Below are positions 22,897 to 34,542 of a DNA stretch of 64,000 nt, piece by piece. Position numbers and translations under genes: made by a program. The stretch's first letter is position 1. Each line of letters opens with the position of its first letter. Origin of the DNA: Cyanophora paradoxa CCMP329 (Eukaryota; Plantae; Glaucophyta); the NCBI GenBank assembly GCA_004431415.1, contig QPMI01000523.1, forward strand, positions 69,098 to 133,097, in the 5' to 3' direction. Under the pieces are notes generated by a model, which searched no databases, had not been told where the DNA came from, and worked only from the letters and a program-made list of their open reading frames with translations.

Positions 22897-24452
22897 ATGC
22901 CTCTCAAGGTCGTTTTAAGTCTTTCTGGCGGGGGTGCAAGGGGCATTATCATAACCAGGCTGCTAAAAGAAATCGAAAATCGAACTGGCAGGAGAATAAT
23001 CGATCTTGTGGATCTTGTGAGTGGAACTTCCACTGGTGGGATCATTGCAATAGGTTTGAATATAAGGCATCCTGATAAACCAGGTGAACCTAAACTGACA
23101 GCAAACGATTTACACAATATTTACCTAACTCAACTGCCCTTGATTTTCGCAAATCCTCGAAATATAATCGAAAATGCCCTTTTTAATACAAAGTATGATG
23201 TGGGACCCTTGGAGACTGCAATCAATTCAGTTACTGGTGAATCACTAATACAGGATTCCCTAAAGGACATTGTGATTACATCCTTTGATACTCAGAATAT
23301 GAAACCAATATTTATCACAAATGACAACAATTACAACTTTATGCCCTGTAAGATTGCTGCTAGGGCTACTTCTGCTGCTCCTACATACTTTTCACCTGTA
23401 AGCATTGTTGATTTCAATCGGGGAGTATATGTCTGTCTCATTGATGGTGCCATTTCTGGAAACAATAATCCCAGTGTGTGTGGTTACAGCCATGCAAAGA
23501 AAATTTACAGTGATGATGATGATATTATAGTAATAAGTATATCTTGTGGAGAGGTGGACCCACATTTAGAGTCTGATTATGTGGGTTATGCTTATGAGAC
23601 TGTCAACAGCTGGGGCATTCTCTCATGGATTGCCTCAACAGATGGAAGCCCATTGATTAACATGCTCATGGCTGCAAGTGAGCTTTCTGCCCTTGATAAG
23701 ATGGAGGAGTTGTTACCCTACAACTATGATCAGGATTATGGGAGATACTATAGGCTATCAGTCCCACTTCCAAATCATATAGTAAGCTCCCTGGATGACA
23801 CTTCTAAAATCCCAGACATGCTTGCATTCACTGAAACATACATTGCAGCAAACAATGATATGATTAATAAGCTTTGCAGCATTCTAGTAGCAAACTATGA
23901 ATTAAAGAACCCTTCAAAGGCTTACATATCATCCACTCTCACTACATCACCTCCTTTGGATGCAAATTGGTATCAGCTTGCAGATGATGCCTTCACTGCC
24001 TCATCCTCTGTGACAGGTAAAGAGCCTTTCATGGCTAGACCTTCAGCATTTGGCTGGGAAGCTGGAGCCTATGCTCCTGAGCAGATATGGGAAACCCCCA
24101 CTGAATACCTTCAAGTTGCTTTCCCATATACTTTCGAACTCTCCTCTGTTATTGCCTATGGTTCAGGGACACCAATGCTTTTATTAAGACTTTCAATGTG
24201 GCAACATCCACTGATGGGATCAACTGGTCTTTTATTCGATCAGATGGGCAGAACAAAATATATGTCTGTGAGAACATTAACAATGCTCACAACTCAGGTG
24301 ATGTTGCTTTATTGAGTGGATTTCCTCTCAGCATCAAGGATGCTTTTTACATAGGTTTTTCTCTCAGAATCAAGTATATTCGCATTTATCCCCTTGTGTA
24401 TGTGAATGCTCCCACAATGAGAGTGGACTTTACAGGTGCCTTTATTCGATAA
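22897..24452 (+). CDS. Patatin-like phospholipase fused to an F5/8 type C (discoidin) domain; one frameshift near 24170
   Basis: Patatin: LSLSGGGARG, GTSTG nucleophile elbow, ATSAAPTYF, IDGA. Discoidin: FTASSS, EYLQVAF, STDGINW, KYIRIYP..PTMRVDFTG. Confidence 0.85.
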
Positions 24453-25374
24453 ACTCCAACTGAAAAGAATTGTCGATTCCATTCATATCAATCAGTTCAC
24501 CAAAGTAATCTTTAAACTCCACAGTGAGTTCCCTTATCACCAGGTTTCTGTCATTTATCTGAATGAATTCGGCATGCTCACCACTATGGTAAACATAGCC
24601 GCCTATATCTTTACTCAATTGCAGTCTAAGGATTGCCCCCTGGTTATGTGGTTGCGATTTCGGGATTATATTGTGTCTGCTGGCAAAGGGGGACAGCTCT
24701 TTAATATGCATGTACAGATACTGCTCAGCATTCATATCAGACATCTTCCTGCTGTCAAAATAATATTGCAAGGGCTTTGAGGAGAGTCTGGGTCCTGAGA
24801 AGGTGATTCCCCATGCTGGGTGATCAGGTGTAATAGGTTTGCCATCATACTTTAAAAGGTTCTCAGGTCGATAGGGAGATCCACCAGCAGGAGGAGTGCT
24901 ATAATAACCATTGGTGTATTCAGTAGAACTCACACCCAAAAGCTTCCCTATTCTCTGGTTGCTTGCAATAAAACGAAACTCATGGTTACTGTAAAACTCC
25001 ACTTTATAGGTAGTTGGGTTATAGAATATCTTGAACTCAAAAGCTACTGTTTTGCCTGCAATGGTTTGGAAGCTTGAATAGTTCAGCCCATAATTATAAG
25101 GGTGTGTTACCCCAAAATGACCCTGGTTAATGTAGCCACTGGGAAGGGGATACACTTTCTGTGTGATGATTTCATTGTATGAACCATCTTGGTAATTAAA
25201 CTGAACTGTTAGATGATCAGTTCCCACACTGTTATAGATACTGTTTGGAATCTCTGCATAGAGAACCCTACATTCCCTTGGTCTCTCTACTGGAGTTGTG
25301 AGAGTGACCCTGTAAGAGTTTTCATTTTGTCCTTGGCTTCTATCCCTGCTATCAATATTAACAAGTCGATTCAT
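24442..25374 (-). CDS. Minor capsid protein (penton) 1
   Basis: N-terminal VNIDSRDR...YAEIPNSIYN and C-terminal IRELTVEFKDYFGELIDMNGIDNSFQLEF, typical of single-jelly-roll pentons. Confidence 0.8.
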   Translation of the reverse strand: MNRLVNIDSRDRSQGQNENSYRVTLTTPVERPRECRVLYAEIPNSIYNSVGTDHLTVQFNYQDGSYNEIITQKVYPLPSGYINQGHFGVTHPYNYGLNYSSFQTIAGKTVAFEFKIFYNPTTYKVEFYSNHEFRFIASNQRIGKLLGVSSTEYTNGYYSTPPAGGSPYRPENLLKYDGKPITPDHPAWGITFSGPRLSSKPLQYYFDSRKMSDMNAEQYLYMHIKELSPFASRHNIIPKSQPHNQGAILRLQLSKDIGGYVYHSGEHAEFIQINDRNLVIRELTVEFKDYFGELIDMNGIDNSFQLEFIE

Positions 25375-25403
25375 TTTAATATATAAATATAGATAAAAGA
25401 AGA

Positions 25404-26414
25404 ATGCCTGTGGATTACATCGAGGTTAGCTCATTTAATACAATCTCTGGTGATGGTCCCACATCAAGCTTTGTGGCTAGACTCCCAAGTTCTTATGAGA
25501 ATGTGAGGGCTGTGAGACTGGTATCAGCCGAATTTTATAACAGCATCCCTATGGTGAGTGGTGAAACCAAAGTTGGAGATGTGACAGTTGACAATGCATT
25601 TAGCATTTATTATTCTGAACAAACTCCTGGAGCTGGAAGCTCAGGAATTCCAACAGTTCGCCCAGCTGCTGACTATGAACAATGGAAACAATTCATTATA
25701 AGTCGAAACACCCCCATCCAAAGCCACCAACAACTGGTGAATGTAATTAACTCTAAATTCGAAGGCAGAAATCCCCAACCATCCATTCGCTGCAAATGGG
25801 ATGAATCACTGAAACGAATTATATTCCACTCAGCAGTACCATTTTACTTGGCTTTCTCAGTAGCTGTGAACCCAAGCCAACAAACAATCCAAAAGCTGTT
25901 GAGTTCAGCTAGACTGCTGGGTCTTGATCCTGGAAGATATGGTAACTCCCCAATCCAATCACAGGTCTATGATGCTCTCACTGATGGAATCTTTACTGGT
26001 GGTCGAGTGAATGGCATTATATCTTCTTTTGAGCCTGAGAAGACCAGGGACAGTGTTTTGTTTGTGAGAGTAAAGGAGCTGGGTGATCTGGTGCAATGTG
26101 GGGATGGTCTTCTGACTGGTTACTTCCATAAAATAGTGGTCCCTGACAAAGATTATGGTGAGCATGTAGTTTACAATTCGACAGAGGCTCATCCACTTTA
26201 CAAATACTATAATAAGAAGGTTGGATTATCCACTTTCTCGGTTGATATTGTAAATGCTATTAATGAACCAATTGATTTTGAGGGTCAACCTGTTCATCTG
26301 ACCTTTGAAATTCGCTATGGTGATGAGCCAGCAGGAGACCCAGTTTATGAATACTTTAAGATGCGAATGTCACAGCTTCACCCTTCCTATCCAGTAATTA
26401 CAAGCTTCGCATAA
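25404..26414 (+). CDS. Minor capsid protein (penton) 2
   Basis: SFVARLPSSYENVRAVRLVSAEFYNS...LFVRVKEL...LSTFSVDIVNAINEPIDFEGQPVHLTFEI; adjacent to the MCP. Confidence 0.75.
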   Translation: MPVDYIEVSSFNTISGDGPTSSFVARLPSSYENVRAVRLVSAEFYNSIPMVSGETKVGDVTVDNAFSIYYSEQTPGAGSSGIPTVRPAADYEQWKQFIISRNTPIQSHQQLVNVINSKFEGRNPQPSIRCKWDESLKRIIFHSAVPFYLAFSVAVNPSQQTIQKLLSSARLLGLDPGRYGNSPIQSQVYDALTDGIFTGGRVNGIISSFEPEKTRDSVLFVRVKELGDLVQCGDGLLTGYFHKIVVPDKDYGEHVVYNSTEAHPLYKYYNKKVGLSTFSVDIVNAINEPIDFEGQPVHLTFEIRYGDEPAGDPVYEYFKMRMSQLHPSYPVITSFA

Positions 26415-26467
26415 ATTAAGGATCATTGGTAGATTTTTTATGTTGCAGTATAATAAAAGAGATAATC

Positions 26468-27831
26468 ATGGATATCACTTCCACTCTTCAAAGACTTTCG
26501 CTGAAAGAAGCCCTAACAACCCCAGAGGAGGCGAAAGCCTTTTTCCTGGATAACTCCCTTATGCTTGGACTCGAATCCAAGTCTAAGCCAGTTCTAGTTG
26601 TTGTGAATCCCAGCAATACTTTGAGAATAATGTTGGAAATCGCATTTCCTTCAAGCTACCTCGCTACAATTTCTGTGGAAAACTCGAACTTGCTTTCGAC
26701 CTACCAGAAATCACTTTTGCTGGTGAAGATCTAGTTCGCAATGGATACACTCGCCCAGTTGGTGCTTTAGTTCAGCGACTTGAAATTACCTATGGATCTT
26801 ACACCTACCACATTCCTTCTGATTTCCTTGCTCATTTCCCCCTGGTCTATTATTCGGAGGATCAACTAGCTAAAAAGAAACGCTCAATGGGCATGGTTCA
26901 TGGAATCCCTGCTCATGGAACCAACCGACTTGGTGGCTCATTTTTCGTTGAAATCCCAGTGCCTTGGCTAAATCACTATCTTCCCCTTGGTGCTTTATCT
27001 GGTGAAATGGTTGTTACTGTTTGGTTTAAGGATGCTGGAAAGGGTTATGTTGAAACTTCCTATGGTGGTCGCTCTCTCCCTGTTGTTGGTGGACAGCTGC
27101 TGATAAGACAGAAGATGATGGTCTTGGTGATACTGCTAATGCTACACTTGCCCATGTTGGTCAAAACATCACCACTTTCAGTCTTGGTGCAACAACCCTG
27201 CTATTTCAATTACTTCTCCTCGCCTTTACATGCATGCTATTAATGTTTCTGATGAGCTTTTCGCTACTGTAATTGAAAAAGTAAAGACTACTGGCATGGC
27301 TATTCCCTCCCTTGATATTGGATTTGTAGATGCCATTGCTTTCCCTGCCAAGGGCAATGCCCAGCCCAATCGAATTAACCTCTCTCAAATCTCAGGTCTT
27401 GTCTATGCTCTGCTTGTTTCAGTTCGTGATTATGAGACTGTTGACAAATCCAATGGCTCCCACAGTGTTCTTAAGACCTATGCCAACTCCAAAGAGATAA
27501 CATTCACAACTGAAATAAATGGACAGCGACTTTTGCCACTGAGCCAATTTCTCTACTCAAAGGAGCTGAGCTAATTGCTGATGCCTTCAAATGCTCTAAC
27601 ATGGATAAGGTTGCAGATAAATATGTCCTTTCAGGACTCCCATTCTGCCTTGATGGAGAAAAGGCAATTCGAAATATTGCTCAAAGTGGATTTGTAGACC
27701 TGACTAATTCCTCATCTTCATTCCTCACACTCTACATGCCCACAGATAAGACAATCAATGTTCAAGTTCGCGCTTTAATGCATAGTTTCATAATTGTCGA
27801 CAAAGATGGTTTGAGGCGTATCAATCTTTAG
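26468..27831 (+). CDS. Major capsid protein (double jelly-roll), split by several frameshifts
   Basis: Repaired frame reads RISFKLPRYNFCGKLELAFDLP...GALVQRLEITYGS...YLPLGALSGEMVVTVWF...LSQISGLVYALLVSVR...SGFVDL...VQVRALMHSFIIV; ~450 codons, between a penton and the ATPase. Confidence 0.75.
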
Positions 27832-27942
27832 AGTCTACAGTAAAGATTGTATGTATTTACTGCATTGTTCTGCAAAAAATGATTTCTTTTTATCTTCTTC
27901 TCATCATTTAAAGAGAAGTCACATTTAGAATATAAAAGCAAT

Positions 27943-28883
27943 ATGCTGCCTCTTACAACTTCAGATTTCATTGAGCGAAGCAAGGGTAAGTATGGAGACA
28001 AATTTGGGTATGCGAAAACAGAATACAAAAATGCAAAAACAGTTTTAACAGTTACCTGTAACACTTGCCAGAAAGATTTCACATCTTTACCTCACCACCA
28101 TCTAAAGGGTAATGGAGGTTGTAAGAGTTGCAAAAGTGATCTCTACCATAACCTATTTGTAAAGCCAGTCGAGAAGTTCATAGAAGAAGCTCAAGTAATT
28201 CATGGTGACAAGTAAGATTATTCACAGGTAAAGCAAAATTACAAAAATGCGAAAGTGAAGGTAGCAATCACATGTAAGAGTTGTGGAAATGTGTTTCAGC
28301 AAGAGCCATATTCACATCTTAGAGGTCGAGGTTGTCGAAAATGTGGTCATCAGGAAAAGGGTGCAAAATTGAGGAGCAATACTTTGGAATTCATCTCAAA
28401 AGCAAAGAGCATCCATAGAGACAAGTATGATTATAGTCAAGTTGAATATAAAAACAAGTTTAGTATCGTCAAATTGAAATGCAACATTTGCTTGAATGAA
28501 TTCCAACAGGAAGCAAGAGTACATTTAATGGGAAGTGGCTGCATTGCTTGCAAAGCTTCTAAAGGAGAGAATGCAATTGCTTCCATCCTCAATAATATTG
28601 GCTTAGAGTACGAAAGAGAGTATGCTTTCAAGGACTGCAAGGCTCTAAGAGTTCTCCCTTTCGATTTCTATATGCCTGCATTGAAAATAGCTATTGAATA
28701 TGATGGAAAACAACACTTTGAACCTGTTGAATACTTTGGAGGGAACAGGATTTTGAGAAACGAAAACTAAATGATGCTATTAAAACTAGATACTGTGAAG
28801 CCAACAACATATTACTCCTAAGAATCCCATATACTGAAACAGATATAGAGGGTTGCATTAAACGATTCTTATCTAACCTGTAA
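27943..28883 (+). CDS. DUF723-like Zn-ribbon repeats + PD-(D/E)XK/Vsr-like endonuclease (homing-endonuclease-like); in-frame TAA at 28213 and frameshift near 28742
   Basis: Three repeats like DKYDYS..Y..C..C..HL.G.GC..C, then LPFDFYMPALKIAIEYDGKQHF...YCEANNITLLRIPY. Confidence 0.8.
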
Positions 28884-28942
28884 ACCATTTTCAGTCTCTC
28901 TGCATTATTTTTATCTGTCTTTATTTAGAAAGATATACAACA

Positions 28943-29638
28943 ATGACTGATTTGGATGAATTTTTGGCTGGTGAAATGATAGAACCACCATTTCGTGTAT
29001 TGGCAATAGGAAAATCAGCAACTGGTAAATCAGAAGCTGTAAAGTATTGGTTGAAGCAGTTGCATGATGCCAAAAAGATTGATGTTGTATTAGTTGTGAG
29101 TGGTACCAGCTTCAATCATTTCTGGGATAAAGTTGCAACATTGCAACTGGGAAAATGGGATGCCCCTTACATTGCTAAATTGCTAGATGAGAGGCAAGAG
29201 AAAATAGAGAAAGGTGAACCTGTTAACCAGTTATGTGTAGTTTTAGATGATTTAATCGATAATGAGATAGTCGATCTCACAAGGGATAAAATAATCGGAT
29301 CTCTGTATTCCAGAGGTCGCCATTCGAAAATATCCATTATCTGCATCACACAAAAGCTAAGAAAAGTCTCTTCGACTATTCGAGTCAATTCTGACTATGC
29401 TATGTTTCTCAGTGCTGCTAATCGCAAAGAACTTGAAGCCATAGAGGAAGAATACAATATAATGCGAAATAAAGAGGATTTCTACAAGATGTTTGAAGAG
29501 TATGTTCACTCCTATCAATATATCATTTGGTCCTCTGCAAACTACTCAGTTAAATACTATGTAGATAAAGCTGAGCTTGTGAAAGATTTCCCATTTCCTC
29601 GCTTCCACAGGAAGCCAAAAAGAAAGAGGATGAACTGA
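28943..29638 (+). CDS. A32-like (FtsK/HerA superfamily) DNA packaging ATPase
   Basis: Walker A GKSATGKS, Walker B LCVVLDD, RGRHSKISIICITQ, IRVNSDY. Confidence 0.92.
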   Translation: MTDLDEFLAGEMIEPPFRVLAIGKSATGKSEAVKYWLKQLHDAKKIDVVLVVSGTSFNHFWDKVATLQLGKWDAPYIAKLLDERQEKIEKGEPVNQLCVVLDDLIDNEIVDLTRDKIIGSLYSRGRHSKISIICITQKLRKVSSTIRVNSDYAMFLSAANRKELEAIEEEYNIMRNKEDFYKMFEEYVHSYQYIIWSSANYSVKYYVDKAELVKDFPFPRFHRKPKRKRMN

Positions 29639-29752
29639 AACCACCAGAAAAAGAGGAAGCCCCCAAAGAAGTGAAAAGCCAAGTCCATAGCAATAAATTG
29701 ATGCGATATAAACGCGGTTTATAAAATTATCTCTCATTCTAATAAAGATACA

Positions 29753-30487
29753 ATGCCTCCCAAACGAAAGATAGGGATTCCAGCTGGGGCTGTTGGCTAT
29801 TCAGGTGGTGGAAACAATGGATCCATTAACACAGATCCACTGAAATTCAATGGTATGAATGAGGTAAAGCCCTCACAGCAAGAAGAGGACCCCCTAAATG
29901 CTGCCTATGAGGAATCAGTCGATGACAAAGCCCCACAAAGTTCAACTGCTGACCAACTGAACATTTCCCCTGAGACAGCAAAGATGAAGTCTGTTGCTGA
30001 GGGTGCCAGGCGAATTATTGGGGCTGCTGATGACAAAGGTTTAGGCTTGCAAGATCTTTCACTGGCTCGCAAAGGTGAGGGTCTTAGTAAGGAATCAGAC
30101 AAGGTAATTCAGTCTATGGCTGGTGAAGTCACATACAAGACTGCTCCCACTCAAAATATTCATCGAATTCCCAAGGCTCAATGGGATGAGATGACTGCTA
30201 AACTCAAAGATCTGGAAGCCAAATCAAGTGCCTTGGAGCAGTATGTTACTGAGAAGAAAGAGAGAGCCAAGCTAAAGGAGATGCTTCGAAAGGAAGTTTA
30301 TAAAATGGGAATCACTGGTGTCCCAGATAAACAGTTTATTGCTAAGAAAGAGAACCAAATCGATGAGCAGGCAGTAGATGAAATGAAAACAAAAACCCAA
30401 AAGGGAACCATTGAACCTGGTGCCACCAAAGCTGAAGTAGAAAAGGGAGTTGCCCCAACAGTATATAAAAGACGAGTTTGGCTTTAA
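29753..30487 (+). CDS. Hypothetical viral protein (coiled-coil, 244 aa)
   Basis: Long ORF with element-like composition and an AT-rich upstream motif; no family recognised. Confidence 0.6.
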   Translation: MPPKRKIGIPAGAVGYSGGGNNGSINTDPLKFNGMNEVKPSQQEEDPLNAAYEESVDDKAPQSSTADQLNISPETAKMKSVAEGARRIIGAADDKGLGLQDLSLARKGEGLSKESDKVIQSMAGEVTYKTAPTQNIHRIPKAQWDEMTAKLKDLEAKSSALEQYVTEKKERAKLKEMLRKEVYKMGITGVPDKQFIAKKENQIDEQAVDEMKTKTQKGTIEPGATKAEVEKGVAPTVYKRRVWL

Positions 30488-30509
30488 TTATCTCTGTTTT
30501 ATTAGAGAT

Positions 30510-30782
30510 ATGGACATAATACGAAAGTTCTTCGAGATGTTCAGTCTGCATGTGGTGAGCAATTGCCACAGTGGATGTTGTGAGACAACAGTGGAGTTTG
30601 AGATGTCAGATAATGAGGATAATGCCTCAGAAGCAAGAGAGAGAAGGAGATCAACAGTTTCTGTGGAGTCAATGCCAGCAGACCCCACAGAGTATACATA
30701 TGAGCAACAGGAGTATCCAAGGAGAAGTTCTCTGTCAGCAGAAAACGTTTTCTCTGGGAATATAAATGGAGGATACTATTAG
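30510..30782 (+). CDS. Hypothetical small acidic protein (likely start MDIIRK)
   Basis: ATG preceded by the element's AT-rich upstream motif; contains SNCHSGCC. Confidence 0.45.
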   Translation: MDIIRKFFEMFSLHVVSNCHSGCCETTVEFEMSDNEDNASEARERRRSTVSVESMPADPTEYTYEQQEYPRRSSLSAENVFSGNINGGYY

Positions 30783-31011
30783 TTTAATCGAGTTTACCAG
30801 TGATGAACCTGTTACTGAGGGGTCTATAAGACACATTCTGGCAATGCAGAAACGATATAGAGATGACCCAGCCTATAGAGAGTATAAAAAGCAGCAAGCC
30901 TTGGCATCCTATTATCGAAGAAAAGCCCAAAAAGAGGAGCAGAGACCCAGAGGGAGACCGATTAAATATTATTTGCCTACTGATAGTAGCAATGGACCCC
31001 CAGGTCTATAA
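30766..31011 (+). CDS. Small basic protein with AT-hook-like motif
   Basis: YREYKKQQALASYYRRK...RPRGRPIKY. Confidence 0.6.
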   Translation: MEDTISLIEFTSDEPVTEGSIRHILAMQKRYRDDPAYREYKKQQALASYYRRKAQKEEQRPRGRPIKYYLPTDSSNGPPGL

Positions 31012-31162
31012 GATAATCGAGAAAAAGCGGTCTCAGTATGCCACTGAGGCAGCTATAAAAGTTTACAGACAGGAACTGGTGTTCGCAACAAAAATGACTT
31101 AAAGAAAAAGTAGATAGGTTGTATTGAGGAAAAATTATTTTCGTATCTACTATTAAAGAGAA

Positions 31163-31489
31163 ATGCCGAATATCCGCAAGATACTCACAGATGATGAAAA
31201 AGCAGAGAAGCTGAGACTGAAAAGGGAGCAAGATGCCCAAAGAAAACGCGAAGCCTATCATAAAAAGAAGGAGGAACGATTATCCCAAGGAGCCGCTACA
31301 GTTCACACACCAGAAGAACTCAAAAAGATTGCCCTCAGACACCAGAGGAAATACAGGGAAAATGAAGAATATCGCGAACAGAAAAAGGCGAAAGCGCTGG
31401 AATACTACCACAAGAAAAAAGACGAACTACCCAAGACACCCAAAGAGCATAAACCGGTTGGAAGACCTCGGAAATATATCGAAGAATAA
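31163..31489 (+). CDS. Small basic protein with AT-hook-like motif, paralogue of the preceding gene
   Basis: YREQKKAKALEYYHKKK...PVGRPRKY. Confidence 0.65.
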   Translation: MPNIRKILTDDEKAEKLRLKREQDAQRKREAYHKKKEERLSQGAATVHTPEELKKIALRHQRKYRENEEYREQKKAKALEYYHKKKDELPKTPKEHKPVGRPRKYIEE

Positions 31490-31707
31490 ATTCTCGATCG
31501 AAACAAATTTTGTAGAAATCGATTTGATCGGAGGCAAAAAAATGACAGCTTTCTTCCCTCTTTTTTAAAACTGTACCTATATATCGAGACAGTATCCCGA
31601 CCCAAAACTACTTAAGGACTTGGCAAATAATAGGATATATATAAAAGACAATTCCTCCTTCCGAAATTATTTTCTTCGTTAAAGGTAGAAGTCCCCCAAA
31701 ATCGAAA

Positions 31708-34299
31708 ATGAACAAAATCGAGAAATTCGCCACCCCTGTTGAAAATGCTACATTCCTTAGTACTCTCATTGGTGATCGCAACAAGGTCACCCATGTATTT
31801 GATTCTGCTGAAGATGCCCTTGAAGCCATTGATAATAGCAAGGTTAAGACCTGGGCTGAATGCATTCAGCCTGAACAAGTCACCAGAGTTTACCTGGACC
31901 TGGATAAATTCGCTGATTTGAAGGAGAACATTGCTGAAAACTATGCTGAGGCTGAAACTGTTGTAAGAGAGATGAGAGATAAGCTATGGAAGCGATCTGG
32001 GACCACTTCGATTAACGATATTGCTGTTGCAGTTCGCCATAGAAGGGTTTATTTGATCAAGGAGGATGTCACCAAGTTCAAGATCTCAGCCCACTTTATC
32101 ATTAAATCGCTTGCATGCAAACATGAAGATATCCCCAAGCTTTTCAAAGCTATGGGATTGGTGAAAATGAGGATTATGACAGTGGAGTTTACAGCTCCAC
32201 ACAGAACCTTATCTGCCTCAATTGCTGCAAAGGTGAGACTCTGGATGCTCAAAATAAATCAAAGAAAGATGTTGATAAAAACGTTTGCTTTAAGAAATTC
32301 GTTGACTGTGACAAAGTGTTAATGCGAAATGAGGACTTCTTTGTATCTTTCTTCTCAGCTTCTACTAAACTTGTGGATGAATCGAATATTTCTGCATTCG
32401 CAAATTATAGCCCTGAGCCAAAACCAGTTAAAAAGGAGCCAAAAAGTGATAAAGTGAAGACTGAGAAGGTAGAAGCTGAAAAAGACACTGAACCCGAAAA
32501 TCCTGTTACTTTCGAACTGCTACAAAGTGTTATAATGGGTCTGAATGGTGAGAGAGCTAATGAGTATAAAACTTGGATTGATGTAGGACTGGTCATCATC
32601 AATGTTGGGGAAGACAACAAGTTCACCCCTAAAATGCAAGCTGAACTCTTCCACCAATTCTCAGAACAGAGTGACAAGTATGATTATGATGAATGCCAGG
32701 AGAAGTTTACACAGCTTCGCAGAAGCAAGAAGAAGGCTGAGCCTGGCAAAGTGTTGACCTTCAAATCCTTGGTTTATTGGTTGAGCAAAGATAACAATGA
32801 GCTTTTCAAGGAACTCTTCCCCAAAAAGTATGCATTCCTACCAGAGGACACAGATGAAATCGATTACAAGACTGCAAGTATCCCTCCTTTGGCTGAACAT
32901 TACAATGTGCATAAGAGGTATTTCAATGCTCGAATGCATCATGTTGAAAATGTTGGTTGTGTGATGCTCTGGGATGAACAACTACTTTGCTGGATGCCCA
33001 AAGATATTGGGAAGCTCTCTACAAAGCATTTCCCCCATTGATGCATAAGGTGATTGTCAATGAGGGAACAGATAATGAGAAAGAGAAATGGGAGCAATCA
33101 TTTAGGAAATGGATTGTGGATCCAACAGCCACAAGATCAACTTACATGGATTTCCTTCCCCCTCCTGCTTCTCTCAGTGCAAAATGCAAGTCTGTATTTA
33201 ATCTCTATCCAGGAATGAAGGTCGACCATCAGCAATTCGAAAATGCTCCAGAGGATGTAACTGCTGAGATGATTAAGCCTTTCCTAGATCACTTGTTCTT
33301 AATGTCTGGTGAGGATCAAAATACCTATGAATATCTGTTGAAATGGTTTGCCCACATGCTGCAAAAGCCTGGGAACTCAATGGAGTATCCTTAATCTTCA
33401 TTGGTGAGCAGGGAACTGGTAAAAATGTGTTGGTTGATACTTTCCAAAAGAAGATACTTGGAGATGCCCTAAGTTATGCAACTGGAAAGCCAAAAGAGGA
33501 TCTGTTTGGTCGATTTGCCCACAATAGAGAGGATAAGATCTTGATTGTTGTGAATGAAGCCTCAGGCAAGGACACATTCGAAAATAATGATATGCTCAAA
33601 GATCTCATAACTTCTGATAAGATTGTAATTGAACACAAAGGGATAGATTCATACACAAAAAGCAACTTTGCCAGGATTATATTCACCAGCAATAACAACA
33701 TTCCAGTGAAAATTGAAGCTGGAGATAGGCGATTTGTGGTTGTTGAAGTTAGTAAGAAATTCGCAAAGGATAGGTCATACTTCCTTCCACTTGTAAAATG
33801 GCTAAATGATCACTGCAATATTCGAAACATTGCCCACTATTTGAGAACCAAAGTTGACTGTGAGGATGTGAACTGGATTGCTGATAGACCCCTTACAAAT
33901 AAATACTATTTAGCCCAACAGGTGTGCGCTCCAATCATTCTTATGTTCACTAAGTGGCTTGTGGATCGAGGCTTAATTTCCGAGAATAAATGCAAGTCTG
34001 GTAGCCTTGTGGAAACCTGGAAGTGGTTCCAGGAGTTTATTACCAGCAATAAATATAAAAACGATTATAATAGTCGCCGATATTATACTGAAATGAGAAG
34101 TGTTACATATATCCAAGTGAAAACTACAAATGGCAAACAATACTATCATTTCCTATTCCCACAAGTATTTGAGGAATTCAGAAAGATGAAGCTTGTAGAT
34201 GATGAGACTATTGAGGAAGAAGCTAATCCAAGGATGAAACAGGACCTACCTGCTGCTGATCCTGATGCATCAGATTATGATTCAGATGTTGAAGTTTAA
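31708..34299 (+). CDS. AEP primase - PriCT-2 - superfamily 3 (D5-like) helicase, split by three frameshifts
   Basis: Primase: RVYLDLD, KISAHFI, repaired YDSGVYS. PriCT-2: YKTWIDVG..F..FSEQSDKYD. Helicase: Walker A GEQGTGKN, IVVNEA, IIFTSNN, GDRRFVV. Confidence 0.88.
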
Positions 34300-34385
34300 G
34301 TTTAGTCAAAGGTGGACTCACAGTTGATTCAAATTTATCATAAAAGACCCAAACAGTCTTTTATTTACGGTTTATTTATCGATTA

Positions 34386-34491
34386 GGTTGACTAAGTGGG
34401 GGGAGTTGACTCATTTTTTCACAGATTCTAAAAAAGGACTCTGCCCTAAAAAGAAATAAAAAGTGCCTCAACTCCACCCACTAAGTCAACC
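34386..34491. promoter_or_regulatory. Internal copy of the TIR inverted motif; candidate replication origin
   Basis: GGTTGACTAAGTGGGGGGAGTTGAC (34386-34410) is identical to 14279-14303. An inverted partner TCAACTCCACCCACTAAGTCAACC follows at 34468-34491. Confidence 0.6.
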
Positions 34492-34542
34492 AAAAAATGA
34501 TTTAAGAGATAGAAAAATATATTTATATGTAAGTAGTAAGAA

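Noticed and set aside
29753-30782. Adenain-like cysteine protease expected in Polintons
   Set aside because: No His/Asp/Gln-Cys protease motifs visible in these ORFs.
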